DNA of 64,000 nt from Verrucomicrobiia bacterium (GTDB lineage: Bacteria > Verrucomicrobiota > Verrucomicrobiia > Limisphaerales > JAKPVM01), in NCBI GenBank assembly GCA_049968335.1, contig JBMFQZ010000020.1, positions 3,394 through 67,393 on the forward strand, written 5' to 3'. The notes below the pieces were generated by a model. The model saw only the letters and a program-made list of their open reading frames with translations, had not been told where the DNA came from and searched no databases. How positions within the stretch are numbered: position 1 is the first letter of the stretch; the number at the start of each line of letters is the position of its first letter. Of this stretch, positions 21,247 through 32,058 are shown piece by piece. The position numbers were made by a program, and so were the translations under genes.

Positions 21247-22200
21247 ATGAAGGTTAATATTAGAAAAGTTGCCATAGATTATTTAGGTTTAATTATTGCG
21301 ATAATCACGCTTATCGCAATTTTCAGTCTGCTTACGCGCTACTTTTTTAGCAAAACCACATTTTTAACTATTGCAAATCAAATTCCGTCTGCCGTGCTGA
21401 TTGCGACCGGGATGACCTATATATTAATTATTGCCGAGATTGATCTCTCTGTCGGATCGGTGCTTGGATTTTCAGGGGCTGTGCTGGGAGTTGCGATTGT
21501 TAATCTTAAATTGCCACCGTTTGCCGCGATATCTCTTGCGATTCTTGCCGGGGTATTGTGTGGATTTATCAATGGCGCAATCTCGTTAAGATGGAGGTTG
21601 CCATCGTTTATCGTGACGTTGGGAATGTTTGAAATGGCGCGCGGCGGCGCTCACGCCTTAACAGGGTCTCAGACTCAGTATCTTGGAGACAAACTTGATT
21701 TTGTCGCAGGAACATCGCTGTTTGGACTTTCGCTTCCTTTCATCATCGCGTTTGCAATTATGGCGCTGGCTCAATTTGTTTTATCAAAAACCGTGTTTGG
21801 CAGATATATGATTGCGATTGGAACGAATGAAGAAGCGGCGCGATTGAGCGGGATTGATCCGAAACCGATTAAACTTGCGGTGTTTGCGCTGTGCGGATTT
21901 CTTGTATCGCTTGCCGCAATAATTGACACATCAAGATTCAACTCGGCGAATCCTAACGCCGGGACAGGTTTTGAACTTCAGGCAATCGCCGCCGCAGTGA
22001 TTGGCGGAACAAGTCTTATGGGTGGTCGCGGCTCGGTGATAAGCTCATTTTTAGGAGTGCTTATAATCGCCGTTCTGAACTCCGGCCTTGCCGCCCTTGG
22101 TTTGCGCGATGAAATTAAAAGACTCATAACAGGCGCTGTGATAATAGCAGCCGTTATTGTTGACTATTACAGAATAAAATTCAAAACCGCTAAAAAATGA
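21247..22200 (+). CDS. rbsC: Sugar ABC transporter permease
   Basis: IDLSVGS, FIVTLG, G.NEEAARLSG and ELQAIAA.VIGGTSL.GG.G motifs. Confidence 0.88.
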   Translation: MKVNIRKVAIDYLGLIIAIITLIAIFSLLTRYFFSKTTFLTIANQIPSAVLIATGMTYILIIAEIDLSVGSVLGFSGAVLGVAIVNLKLPPFAAISLAILAGVLCGFINGAISLRWRLPSFIVTLGMFEMARGGAHALTGSQTQYLGDKLDFVAGTSLFGLSLPFIIAFAIMALAQFVLSKTVFGRYMIAIGTNEEAARLSGIDPKPIKLAVFALCGFLVSLAAIIDTSRFNSANPNAGTGFELQAIAAAVIGGTSLMGGRGSVISSFLGVLIIAVLNSGLAALGLRDEIKRLITGAVIIAAVIVDYYRIKFKTAKK

Positions 22201-23129
22201 AACCGAAAATCGTTGTTGTTGGCAGTTCAAACACAGATATGGTGGTAAAATCGCCGCGTCTGCCAAAAGCGGGCGAAACCGTGATTGGCGAAGACCTAAC
22301 GATCGCAGCCGGCGGCAAGGGCGCAAATCAAGCCGTAGCGGCTGCGCGATCAGGCGCAGATGTGCTGTTTATAACAAAAGTCGGCAAAGACCATTTTGGC
22401 AGACAGGCTATTGACGGTTTTAAAAAAGAGAAAATAGATACTGAATTTGTTTACATTGATAGTTTGGCTCCTTCAGGGGTTGCGTTGATTATGGTTGATG
22501 AACAGGGGCAAAATATAATCTCAGTTGCCCCGGGCGCAAATGCGCGGCTAACCCCTGCGGATGTCAGAAAGGCAAAATCAGTTATCAAATCGGCGCAGGT
22601 TCTGCTCGTTCAACTTGAAATCCCGATTGAAACCGCTGTTGAAGCCATAAAAATCGCGGCGGATTGCAATGTTAAAACAATCCTCAATCCCGCCCCGGCA
22701 AAACCGCTGCCGGATGATTTATTCAGAAAAATTTCAATTATCACTCCTAATGAAACCGAAGCGGAAATCCTGACAGGAATTAAAATTATTGACAAACAGA
22801 GCGCCTCCGTTGCGGCTCGTTCACTCTATGAAAAAGGAGTCAAAACGGTCATCATAACTCTCGGAGAAAAAGGGGTTCTTGTTTACGATGGCAAGAACTC
22901 CAATATTATTCCGCCACCAAGAGTAAAGCCTGTTGATACAACAGCCGCTGGCGATGTATTTAACGGAGCTATTGCGGTGGCTATTGCGGGAGGAAAATCA
23001 ACCATTGAAGCGATAAAATTCGCAAACGCCGCCGCCGCGTTTTCGGTAACTAAACTCGGCGCCCAGCCATCGGCGCCAAAAAGAAATCAAATCCTGAAAC
23101 TGATGAAATCAACATATAGAGCTGGATGA
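22197..23129 (+). CDS. rbsK: Ribokinase
   Basis: GSSNTD, GGKGANQAVA, QLEIP, NPAPA, PNETE and DTTAAGDVF motifs; ATGA overlap with the permease. Confidence 0.93.
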   Translation: MKPKIVVVGSSNTDMVVKSPRLPKAGETVIGEDLTIAAGGKGANQAVAAARSGADVLFITKVGKDHFGRQAIDGFKKEKIDTEFVYIDSLAPSGVALIMVDEQGQNIISVAPGANARLTPADVRKAKSVIKSAQVLLVQLEIPIETAVEAIKIAADCNVKTILNPAPAKPLPDDLFRKISIITPNETEAEILTGIKIIDKQSASVAARSLYEKGVKTVIITLGEKGVLVYDGKNSNIIPPPRVKPVDTTAAGDVFNGAIAVAIAGGKSTIEAIKFANAAAAFSVTKLGAQPSAPKRNQILKLMKSTYRAG

Positions 23130-23147
23130 TTGTGTGAGCGGTTTTTG

Positions 23148-24344
23148 TTAAGCAGTCGCTTTTTTCCAGATTTGTGTAAAATATTCGCCAGTTTCTGATA
23201 AAGAACCGTCCGGCTTAACCAGCCAGAAACCGCGCATCTGATTTGGGTCTTTTACCGGGAGTGTTATCTTTTCTTGAGAGGGTTTTATCTCGTTGCAATA
23301 CAACTCCCATTGAACCACATATTTCATCTCTGAAGCGAGAAAAACGCCCATCATTGAATCCCACCGTTCTTTTATATTTTTCGGTTGATCATTTTCAGGA
23401 ATGCCAATTTCGCCTATATAGACTGCGCCCTTTCCGAATAATGAACCTGTTCTTGCGCGGGATTTTATTTCCTGAATGCATTTCCACATTGTTAAAGGGT
23501 CTTTCATCCCGTCATAAGAACTGTATGAGACGAGGTCAACTTCAATATAAGGCAACACATCGCGAGTAACGGTTGGGATATCCTTCCAGATATCAACTAC
23601 GCGATTTACTTCTGTTGCGTGAGCAACAACGCACCTTGCTCCTTTTCCAAATTCGTTTCGCGCAGCGGTAACGCCTTCCTGACGGGCGCTGAGCCACCGC
23701 TGCATCCGTTTGCACAACTGTTGCCAATCGGCTGGGACTTCTTTCCACATCTCGCCGCCTCTGCCGCGCAACATCCAATCCCCTTCCCAGTGTTGAAGAA
23801 CTATCACTACATCTTTGTTGCGGCATTTTTCATATAAATATTTTGTGATGTTATAAAACTCGCGCGAGACTGATTTGTAAAATTCATCTGTCAAATTAGG
23901 TTTTCTCCAGTTTTCTTCAACCGGCGAATGCGCCTCAAAAATCAGAGTCTTAAATGGCATTTCAAGCAATTGAGTGTAGTATGGCGAGGCGATAAGTTCG
24001 GCAAGGTTATTATAGTTTCCCCAGTTGCTGTTGAATGAATAATCGCTTTTTACAGTTCGCAAGATCAGCCAGAACTTGCCGAGTTTTGTTCCTAAGGAAA
24101 GGAGTTTTTCAGCCCCTTCAACCAGGAAAGGTTTGGTTGTTAAATAATATTTCCCCGCAACGTGGGTTGAACCGATCCGCTGTGTTAATTCTTTTGAAAG
24201 CCGCTGTTGATTAGAAGGTCTGCTGGACTGGATTCTCGCAAGTATTTCGTCGTCCGGCAGGGCAGCGAAACTGGTTTTTCTAATTAATATAAAAGTGGCG
24301 CCAGATAGGCTTGTTATTAAAAATCTGCGACGGTTTAATTTCAT
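23148..24344 (-). CDS. Tat-exported hypothetical protein (possible glycoside-hydrolase-like TIM barrel)
   Basis: NRRRFL Tat motif; WEGDW, EVN, SYSSYD and IGE.G motifs suggest clan-A-like catalytic glutamates. Confidence 0.5.
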   Translation of the reverse strand: MKLNRRRFLITSLSGATFILIRKTSFAALPDDEILARIQSSRPSNQQRLSKELTQRIGSTHVAGKYYLTTKPFLVEGAEKLLSLGTKLGKFWLILRTVKSDYSFNSNWGNYNNLAELIASPYYTQLLEMPFKTLIFEAHSPVEENWRKPNLTDEFYKSVSREFYNITKYLYEKCRNKDVVIVLQHWEGDWMLRGRGGEMWKEVPADWQQLCKRMQRWLSARQEGVTAARNEFGKGARCVVAHATEVNRVVDIWKDIPTVTRDVLPYIEVDLVSYSSYDGMKDPLTMWKCIQEIKSRARTGSLFGKGAVYIGEIGIPENDQPKNIKERWDSMMGVFLASEMKYVVQWELYCNEIKPSQEKITLPVKDPNQMRGFWLVKPDGSLSETGEYFTQIWKKATA

Positions 24345-24350
24345 AGAGTT

Positions 24351-24911
24351 TTAATTCCACGAGAGGTCTTCTGGCGAGTCTGCAACGAGTTTGTATTTAA
24401 CACCTTTGCTGAGCATAATTCTTCGCCAGAGATTTTGCGGTTCTGGAGTAAAAATTAGATCAAGTGTTGCAGGGTGCGTTATCCAGGCTTTGCGCCGCAT
24501 TTCATCGTCAAGTTGTCCCGGACTCCACCCGGCGTAACCGGCAAATACCTTTAATTTTGCAGTGCCTGTTAGCGATTCTCCAATCTCAATCAGCTCGTCA
24601 AGCGAGTGTCCGAGGGACAAGTTCGGCATCACGTTTGCATCCGGCAAAAACTCGTCATAGTGAAGATAACTCAATGCCGCTGGTTGAACTGGTCCGCCAA
24701 GATAGATGGGCAAGTCTTTTACAGAATCGGACATTTTAGCAACTATGACATCGCCAACCCTTGCCTCCGCAACACGATTTAACACCAGACCAAACGCTCC
24801 ATCGGCGTCGTGATGGCATATTAGCACAACCGTTCTATGAAAATACGACCCGTATAGCATTCCACCATCAAGCAACAACTTTCCTTTTAATGATTTAAAT
24901 CCGCCAGCCAT
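24351..24911 (-). CDS. YqgE/AlgH family protein
   Basis: F.RTVVL...H, G.FGLVLNR, GGPV and GYAGW..GQL..E motifs. Confidence 0.92.
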   Translation of the reverse strand: MAGGFKSLKGKLLLDGGMLYGSYFHRTVVLICHHDADGAFGLVLNRVAEARVGDVIVAKMSDSVKDLPIYLGGPVQPAALSYLHYDEFLPDANVMPNLSLGHSLDELIEIGESLTGTAKLKVFAGYAGWSPGQLDDEMRRKAWITHPATLDLIFTPEPQNLWRRIMLSKGVKYKLVADSPEDLSWN

Positions 24912-24996
24912 ATTTTCCTCGTCTCAATTTTCCCGCTGTTCTAATATCAATTTGCTACATACTTGCCTAAATTACAACTTCATTTAAATTATTCTT

Positions 24997-25122
24997 ATGA
25001 AACGGTTTGTTTATATTCTTTTAATAATAATTGCGGTTGCAGCGATTTTTACAAGCGGTTGCAAGACATCTTCAGGCAGCAGAGAGTTCATTCCCGGCAA
25101 AGGATGGGTGCCAGTCAAATAG
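24997..25122 (+). CDS. Small lipoprotein (41 aa)
   Basis: MKRFVYILLIIIAVAAIFTSGCKTSSGSREFIPGKGWVPVK*: basic N-terminus, hydrophobic core and TSGC lipobox; below the ORF-track cutoff. Confidence 0.7.
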   Translation: MKRFVYILLIIIAVAAIFTSGCKTSSGSREFIPGKGWVPVK

Positions 25123-25308
25123 CGCTATTAAACATAGTATTGAATCCAGAGATAAGAGATAAAAATTGTGGCAAACCCTGAGCATTGAAATCATTGTTTA
25201 ATTTCGCAACCGGGTAAAACAAAACGAAGTTATTGAGAGAGTAGAGTTATGGTGAAGTTCACAAATCTTATTTCATCAGAAATTATGATTTCACGAGAGG
25301 GTAATTCT

Positions 25309-28300
25309 TTACGCAAACAGGACTTCAAATCGCTCGCCTTCTTTTATTTTAATTCTTTTTTCCAGTTTTATGATTGCTTTTGAGTCGCGCGCATCAAGGG
25401 TTGCGTTGATTTTTTGTCTGCTGTGAGTAACGGTAATTTGCGACGGTTTTATGTTTTGCGGAAGTCCGATTACGATTTGATTTAAATCTACTGAGCCGTA
25501 TTTGACTTCAATTATTGCGATTCCGCGGTCTTGCTCAAATTTCTGTGAATAGCTTCCCCATCCTTCGGCTGCGGTGAAGGCTGATTTAAAGTTTTGCGGG
25601 TTAAGCCGCGGTTTAAATTCCAGCCGTCCCTGCGGGCAGTGAGAGATAAATCCGCAGATGGAAAGAAAGACTCCGTAAGAAGCCATTGCGCGGGCATAGT
25701 GGTCGCCGCATTCAATTTCATTGTAGGGATTTCTTTTAGAAGGATGGTATCTATCGTGAATGGCGCGCGTGATAGCAAGACCTTCAAGGATGATGTCTTT
25801 TGAAATAGAATGCCAGGCAACCTGATATTCAAATCCGGTCATACATTCGTTGAAATAGCCTGCAGCCCAATCGGCGCCTTTGCCTTTTGCCATTGAGTAG
25901 TCCCATCCTTTTACCGGGAAGGTGCACATAATCAGTCCTGCCTCGCCGGGAAGCGCATACCAGCGACCGGGTTTGTTCACCTTTCTCCATACGCCAATCT
26001 CGGGGCAAAAATTGTATCGCCAGAGAGATTTAAGCGCGGATATGACTTTTGAATTGTCAAGAATCGGAGCAAATCCGAGTTGTTCAGCCCAGGCGTCTCC
26101 AAGCACCTGATCAATATGGCAGCCGAGCCCAGAGTTTATTGTGTCAAGTCGGTTTTTATCACATTTATTAATAAAATACTCGCCGTTGAAGAGGTCTTGT
26201 TCAATTCGTTGTTTGCCGCGTTCATAAATTTTTCCGCACAGCTGGGCAAACTCGCTGTCTCCCATTTCTTCAGCCATCAATTGAGCGGCGCGCAACGCCG
26301 AGACATACATTCCGCTCAACCATGCAATCTCCCCATACCAGTCGGTGTCTAATGTGTTGTGTTGCGGACCGTCAATAATTCCATCTTGATTAACATCGCG
26401 TTGTATAAGGAAATGAACGGCTTTTTTGCACCTGTTCCAGACTCGTTTTAGAAACTGGTTGTCGGCGCTCATCTGATGTTCTCTGTAAGTCCGCAAGACC
26501 ACGCCTGCTTGACCGTCCACAGCCCAGTGGTTGTTGTATTCGCCTCTGAATCGGATTCTTCCTGTTGATTCGTCAAATGCAACGCCATAGTCCACAAACT
26601 CCCGCAGATATCTTTCAAATTGCGGAAACAATCTTGCTACAGCTTGAGCGTAATGCCAGACGTGGGTGCAAGTGCCCTCGCAACAGCCGACCCCTTCATA
26701 AGCATAAAACCTGCCGTTGCCGAACCAGTAACAGGTATTGGTTGCAAGATGCGAAACTGTGGCAAATGTTCTATTTAAAAACCAGTATGGCAATGTTGAA
26801 TCGTACCAAGTGTCGCGCCAGAGTCGGGTTTGTTTTGTTAATCTATCAAGATTCTCTGCCACATAATTTGCAACCTCGCGCGCGGTCTTGAATCGTTTGC
26901 CGTAGTGGCGACCCTGTATGTTGGAGAGCCCGCTCATCTGAATGTTCGGGAAATACCATACAACGATAAAAACAACTTCTTCTGATCCAGACGGTTTTAT
27001 TTTAAACGATTCTGATAGCGAACCGACCAGTTTTTTCCCGAATGGCGATGAGGCTTCTTTTACTATTGAATCAAGTTTAAATACCGACGGGATGTTGGCT
27101 GGCGGCAATTGAGAGTTGCCTTCAAAGACAGCAGATTTTTTTCCGGACTTTATCAGAGCCAGTCCCATTGAACCGTAGTCGGGCAGTTTTTCAAACTCCG
27201 GCGCGCCTGTGGACGGGTTGTCTGTAAATACGATCCGGTCAACCCCGATATTTCCCCAACTTCCTTTTTCTATGTCAAGAATCTGGATTCGCGCTTTTTT
27301 CCCGAGATATTTTTTAACATTCCATACTGCAGGGCTCATTTTGTTGTCGTTTTTTCCGGTTGTAGAAAAGACCGTTGAGCCGTCCACCAAGAGGTTAACG
27401 CAGGTTCGCCCTTTATGCGCGCCGCCGCCGACAAAAAATGTTATGTAGTCCCGTTCAATCAAAAACTCCCGGCTAAGCAGCGAGCCTGTATGCGAGTCCT
27501 TTTCTTCCACATTATCGCCCGGCGCGCTGGCGTGGCTGTTGACCACATATTTTCCAGAACCTCCAACATCGCCCTGATAAGATGGAATCTTGTTTCGTTC
27601 AACAGGGGCGTTTCCAAAGGCAGTCCCGGTTACTTCCCATTTCTCATATTTTCCAGATTCAAAGTCCTCAAAAACAATATCCGCTTTTGTCTGTTTCTTT
27701 TCCCGATTTTGCTCCGCAACCGATTCAAGGAAGATATACCTGTTGTTTTCAAAAATCCGATTTTTTCTAACCCCGTCTATTTCTGCGGCGCTATTTATGC
27801 AAACCGCGTTCTCAAGCCAGCCGGCTAATTGAATATCAACTGTGGAGTTAGTTTTGTTTTTAATGGTAAACCGCATTATTGTTGCTGGGAGCGAAGAGTC
27901 TTCTGGATTTAGAGGAATAAATGGCGAAAAGGCTTCCAGAACAACATCCACAGGGGCTGAAGGGTCGCTATATTCAACGATGCCGATAGGGTATTCGCCG
28001 GTAAATTTGACTTTTTCCCATCCGCTATGATCAAGACTACGGGTTTGAACTCCGTTTGAAAATTTCATCAAGATTGCAAATCCCTGTTCAAGCGGAGATT
28101 GCGGTTTCATCGGGTTTGCGTAGTGAGGACCGCCTGTTCCTGAATTATACAATTTATTAAAAATGTCCCAGTGCCACAATTTTCCATCTCCGCCTAAATA
28201 CAACTGACCGGCGCAAATTCCTCCGATCGGCATCCCTATTTTTTCCGATTCATCCCAGTAATACGACTCCTGCGTTCCCCGTTCAAACAATGATTTAACC

Positions 28301-28488
28301 CAGTCCGGGGCGAGTTTTTTATCCGCTGGAATCAACTTGTCAAAATCTGGTTGCATGTCAAGCTCGCCCAGCAATGGATATATACCAATTACTACTCCGC
28401 TAAAACCTAAAGCTTTTAAAAACTCTCTACGGCGAATGAAACAATTGTTCAAATGGGAACTTAATTTATTTCTGTTTTCGGGATTCAT
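25309..28488 (-). CDS. Tat-exported GH116-family glycosidase with an inserted CBM-like domain
   Basis: RRREFL Tat motif; GMPIGGI..G, YEG.GCC.GTCTHVW.Y, HNTLD and NPYNEIECG.HYARAM motifs. Confidence 0.82.
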   Translation of the reverse strand: MNPENRNKLSSHLNNCFIRRREFLKALGFSGVVIGIYPLLGELDMQPDFDKLIPADKKLAPDWVKSLFERGTQESYYWDESEKIGMPIGGICAGQLYLGGDGKLWHWDIFNKLYNSGTGGPHYANPMKPQSPLEQGFAILMKFSNGVQTRSLDHSGWEKVKFTGEYPIGIVEYSDPSAPVDVVLEAFSPFIPLNPEDSSLPATIMRFTIKNKTNSTVDIQLAGWLENAVCINSAAEIDGVRKNRIFENNRYIFLESVAEQNREKKQTKADIVFEDFESGKYEKWEVTGTAFGNAPVERNKIPSYQGDVGGSGKYVVNSHASAPGDNVEEKDSHTGSLLSREFLIERDYITFFVGGGAHKGRTCVNLLVDGSTVFSTTGKNDNKMSPAVWNVKKYLGKKARIQILDIEKGSWGNIGVDRIVFTDNPSTGAPEFEKLPDYGSMGLALIKSGKKSAVFEGNSQLPPANIPSVFKLDSIVKEASSPFGKKLVGSLSESFKIKPSGSEEVVFIVVWYFPNIQMSGLSNIQGRHYGKRFKTAREVANYVAENLDRLTKQTRLWRDTWYDSTLPYWFLNRTFATVSHLATNTCYWFGNGRFYAYEGVGCCEGTCTHVWHYAQAVARLFPQFERYLREFVDYGVAFDESTGRIRFRGEYNNHWAVDGQAGVVLRTYREHQMSADNQFLKRVWNRCKKAVHFLIQRDVNQDGIIDGPQHNTLDTDWYGEIAWLSGMYVSALRAAQLMAEEMGDSEFAQLCGKIYERGKQRIEQDLFNGEYFINKCDKNRLDTINSGLGCHIDQVLGDAWAEQLGFAPILDNSKVISALKSLWRYNFCPEIGVWRKVNKPGRWYALPGEAGLIMCTFPVKGWDYSMAKGKGADWAAGYFNECMTGFEYQVAWHSISKDIILEGLAITRAIHDRYHPSKRNPYNEIECGDHYARAMASYGVFLSICGFISHCPQGRLEFKPRLNPQNFKSAFTAAEGWGSYSQKFEQDRGIAIIEVKYGSVDLNQIVIGLPQNIKPSQITVTHSRQKINATLDARDSKAIIKLEKRIKIKEGERFEVLFA

Positions 28489-28594
28489 AATAAAAATCTA
28501 CAAATTAAATGATTTAATTAAAGATAAATTTTTATCCCAAGTCCCGAATATTGAAATCATTTGTTTTCCTGCGGCGGGCGGGGTTTCAGGGGAT

Positions 28595-28630
28595 AAAAAA
28601 ACAGGCATAGTTGTGAAAACTATGCCTGTT
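28595..28630 (-). terminator. Intrinsic terminator after the chemoreceptor gene
   Basis: AACAGGCATAGTT/AACTATGCCTGTT 13-bp stem with an A-tract on its left. Confidence 0.85.
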
Positions 28631-28652
28631 GAATGGTGCGCTAATGATTATT

Positions 28653-30917
28653 TTACGCGGGAACTGCTTGTGGTTTTAATTCCACCTGTTCTGTTGATTT
28701 AATTTCGGTTTCAGCTGAATCAATCTTGAACTGGGCAACAATGGATTTTAATTCTCCTGAGAGTTTTGCAAGTTCTTCAACGGCTTTGAGACTTTCCGCG
28801 ATAGATTCTGTTGTTGTCTGCGCCGCCTGCGAAACTCCCGCGATGTTGTTGGCTATCTCTTTGCTGCCTTTAGCGGCTTCGGATGTGTTTCTGACAATCT
28901 CGTTCATAGTCACGGATTGCTCCTCAACAGCGCTGGCGATAACTGTTTGAATCTGGTCAATCTTTCTAATGATATCGCTAATTTCTTCAATTGCTTCCAC
29001 TGCTTTTTTGGCGTCGGTCTGAATAATTTCAACTTTGCCTGCTATTTCTTCGGTAGCTTTTGCTGTTTGTTTTGCAAGTTCTTTAACCTCGTTAGCAACA
29101 ACCGCAAAACCTTTGCCCGCCTCGCCTGCGCGCGCCGCTTCAATGGTAGCATTGAGCGCAAGCAGATTAGTCTGCTCGGCAATTGTTGTAATTACTTTAA
29201 CAACATCATTGATCTGAGCGCTGCTTGTGCCTAAACGGTTCATTGTCTTGCTGGCGTTGTCGGCGGCAACAGCGGCTTGATTCGCAACCTTTGCGGCATC
29301 CACCGCTTGTTTTGCGATCTCTTTTATGCTCGCGCCAATCTCTTCCGCCGCTGTGGCAACAGAAGAAACATTTTTACTAACCTGTTCGGCGGCGCTGGCA
29401 ACAACATTCGCCTGCGCGCTGGTTTCTTCAGCATTGGATGAAACCTGAGTATTCGCGCTGGAAAGTGTTTGCGCTTGATTATCAAGCGTATGCGCCATCT
29501 TCTGAATCTTTTTCAAAATATTCTTCAAATTGCTCCCCATAGAATTCATTGACGATGCAAGTTCGCCAGCCTCGTCCTTTTGATCTATTTTCAATTGTTT
29601 TGTGAAGTCGCCTTTTGCCATTGAATTGGCAAATTCGACCCCCATTTCAAGCGGCTTAACAATTTTATACGAGGCTAAATAGCCTAATATTATTGCAATT
29701 ACTACGACACATATTGCCACCACAATAGTGTATTTGAGCAGATTGGAAAACTTCTGTCCGATCGTTCCGCTTGTCTCCATAAGCATGGCGAGCGCCGCCT
29801 CAAGCGGTTTGCGCGCATCTAAATATTCCTCTTCATAACATCCGGCGTTAATTACCCAATCCCAGGGCTCGTAATAGACTAACGTTGCTACTTTAATCCT
29901 ATTTGTCTGTTCGCCAACGTTTCTCCAGCTATAAGAGTCAAACACCGGCTTGCCGTTAGCCTCAACTGCCTTTGTTACCGTTTCCTGAACGAACGGACGC
30001 CCGTTAGCGTCACGAACTTCCCAGATATTCTCGCCGTCCCGTTTTCCGTCTTTTGAAATTATGTAAACGCCTCTTTGAGAACCTTTTCCGCCTACTACCA
30101 CAACATTGCCGGTTTTGCCAACTTTCATTTTCTGAATGTTTTGAGCCAGTTCATAATTAACATCTTTTAAACCCACACCCACGTATAACATTCCGATTAC
30201 TTTTTTCTTCTCTTTGTCCCAGATAGGTTCATAGACCGCCTCGTGCCATTGGTCTACTACGAACGCCCGGCCCTTATAAACCTCGCCTTTTAAAACTGTT
30301 GCAATGACGGGGTTGTCAGTTCCATCCGGATTCTTTACTGGAATATATGTGCCTATTGCCCTGTCGCCATTTGTTTTAACTACACTTGTGCATACCCGTA
30401 TCATATCGCCGGCATCGTTCATCCTCTGGAAAACCGTGCAGAAATCACGGGTATGATTTTTTACAACGTCCACTAAAGGGACCGGAACGTTTGTAGTTGA
30501 AATTTGTCCAAGCCAGTTTGTCCCTAAATACATTTTAGGCAGTTTTATAGGTGTTTTTTCACCAGTAAGTTGATTTATAGCCTGCCAGTCCACAATATCG
30601 TCTGAAAATGAGAAACCGCCCATACTGTTGACTATCTCTTTTGCAACACTGAGAGAATGATTAAGCCTCCGTTTTGTGCGTTGGTCGGAAACTTCAATCA
30701 TCTGATATACTGTCATAACGCTTTTTTCCAGGTCATTTATCATCAACCTCCTGAGTTCGTCTTCTAATTTACCTTTTAACTCCTCAGTCGTGGTTTTTGA
30801 ATTTGCAATTCTTGTATTGATATCTCTGGACATTGAAATAATAACAAACACAAGAATAACCACAGTCAACGCAGACAGCGCCACATTCAACAAAATAATT
30901 TTGCCTTTCGTTTTCAT
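28653..30917 (-). CDS. Methyl-accepting chemotaxis protein with Cache sensor domains
   Basis: Two TM helices, Cache_3/Cache_2-like periplasmic region (T.FQRMN..GDM.R..T, G.RAIGT), HAMP and the [28 protein letters not shown] tip. Confidence 0.95.
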   Translation of the reverse strand: MKTKGKIILLNVALSALTVVILVFVIISMSRDINTRIANSKTTTEELKGKLEDELRRLMINDLEKSVMTVYQMIEVSDQRTKRRLNHSLSVAKEIVNSMGGFSFSDDIVDWQAINQLTGEKTPIKLPKMYLGTNWLGQISTTNVPVPLVDVVKNHTRDFCTVFQRMNDAGDMIRVCTSVVKTNGDRAIGTYIPVKNPDGTDNPVIATVLKGEVYKGRAFVVDQWHEAVYEPIWDKEKKKVIGMLYVGVGLKDVNYELAQNIQKMKVGKTGNVVVVGGKGSQRGVYIISKDGKRDGENIWEVRDANGRPFVQETVTKAVEANGKPVFDSYSWRNVGEQTNRIKVATLVYYEPWDWVINAGCYEEEYLDARKPLEAALAMLMETSGTIGQKFSNLLKYTIVVAICVVVIAIILGYLASYKIVKPLEMGVEFANSMAKGDFTKQLKIDQKDEAGELASSMNSMGSNLKNILKKIQKMAHTLDNQAQTLSSANTQVSSNAEETSAQANVVASAAEQVSKNVSSVATAAEEIGASIKEIAKQAVDAAKVANQAAVAADNASKTMNRLGTSSAQINDVVKVITTIAEQTNLLALNATIEAARAGEAGKGFAVVANEVKELAKQTAKATEEIAGKVEIIQTDAKKAVEAIEEISDIIRKIDQIQTVIASAVEEQSVTMNEIVRNTSEAAKGSKEIANNIAGVSQAAQTTTESIAESLKAVEELAKLSGELKSIVAQFKIDSAETEIKSTEQVELKPQAVPA

Positions 30918-30955
30918 AACGATTTTTTACATATTTGGTTAAATTACTGGTTTAT

Positions 30956-30982
30956 TTATCGGAATTTAAAAAAACTGCTTTA
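30956..30982 (-). promoter_or_regulatory. Sigma28 (FliA)-type promoter
   Basis: Minus strand reads TAAA-N15-TCCGATAA against the consensus TAAA-N15-GCCGATAA, about 40 bp upstream of the MCP start. Confidence 0.75.
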
Positions 30983-31154
30983 GAAATTTTTTTGCGGAGC
31001 GGATTATCAGTGATTTGAAAACTGAAGAAATCGTATTTTCAGATGAAGTTAGAGGTGTAAAAGATTCTTGGGAAGCTATTGTTTTTTTAAATTTGGTTTC
31101 TAATTATCCCATATCACGGAAGAAATAGATTTTTTATAAAAATTCTTATACAAT

Positions 31155-31817
31155 TTAAGGTCCGGCAGCCCACCAATCAACACCGGGCGCCGTATAGGAA
31201 TATGTCATTTCTGATGGTGTCCAACGTTTATAAGTTCTGGCGTGAAAATCCGCAAACAAGATGTTCACGCTTTTGTTGTGAACCGGCGAGTCCTCAAAAA
31301 ACAGAGTTTCCTGAGAATAGTTATCCGGGTCTGCGTCATAATGAGCAAAGTTGGGATAATTGGCGTCGCCGGAGAGTATATATTTGTCCGGCAATTTGAT
31401 TTTATTGAAGTTAACGCTGTTATGGTTGGTGATTTCGGCATAGGCGGCGCGCGAACCCATAAAGTAACTCACGGCGATCTGGTTATAACACTGGCTCAGT
31501 TGTGGACATCTTAAAATATTTGTATTGCTATAATAATCCAGCATCGGCTTAGGCCAAGGCGGCGGATTGTCTGAACTCCAATCAACACTGCCGTGTGCCG
31601 CCGGCAACAATTGATTATTATCATCCCCATACATCATCATTGCGACGCCAAGTTGCTTGAGGTTGCTCAAACATCGCGTAGTCATCCCTTTCTCTTTTGC
31701 CCGGGCAAGCGCAGGCAACAACATAGAAACAAGTATAGAAATGCAGGCAATTACAACCAGCAATTCTATAAGTGTAAACCCGCTTTTATTCTTACCAGTT
31801 TTTACTCCGTATTTCAT
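31155..31817 (-). CDS. Prepilin-type N-terminal cleavage/methylation protein (H-X9-DG family)
   Basis: [28 protein letters not shown] and C-terminal [13 protein letters not shown]. Confidence 0.88.
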   Translation of the reverse strand: MKYGVKTGKNKSGFTLIELLVVIACISILVSMLLPALARAKEKGMTTRCLSNLKQLGVAMMMYGDDNNQLLPAAHGSVDWSSDNPPPWPKPMLDYYSNTNILRCPQLSQCYNQIAVSYFMGSRAAYAEITNHNSVNFNKIKLPDKYILSGDANYPNFAHYDADPDNYSQETLFFEDSPVHNKSVNILFADFHARTYKRWTPSEMTYSYTAPGVDWWAAGP

Positions 31818-32058
31818 CGTTAGATAATTTCACAGAAAAGTTTTTTTAAACCGCATCAATTTGTTGTTTTATTAAATTGACGGCATAAGACGGGATTTAA
31901 TTCACTATATCCTGAAATCATTTTCATTTAACAAGGTCCAAATCATTGGTGTTGCAGGAAAAGTTATATCTTACCCTATTTCACTCAAAGTTCAGGATAA
32001 AAATTAAAATTATTTTTGCTGGATTTTTGTCTTAAATCTGGTATATAAAAAATTGCTT

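Noticed and set aside
21278..21294. Partial self-match of spacer 66 in the permease gene (GATTATTTAGGtTTAAT)
   Set aside because: 16/17 nt of AT-rich sequence at the PAM-distal end only; the seed does not match.
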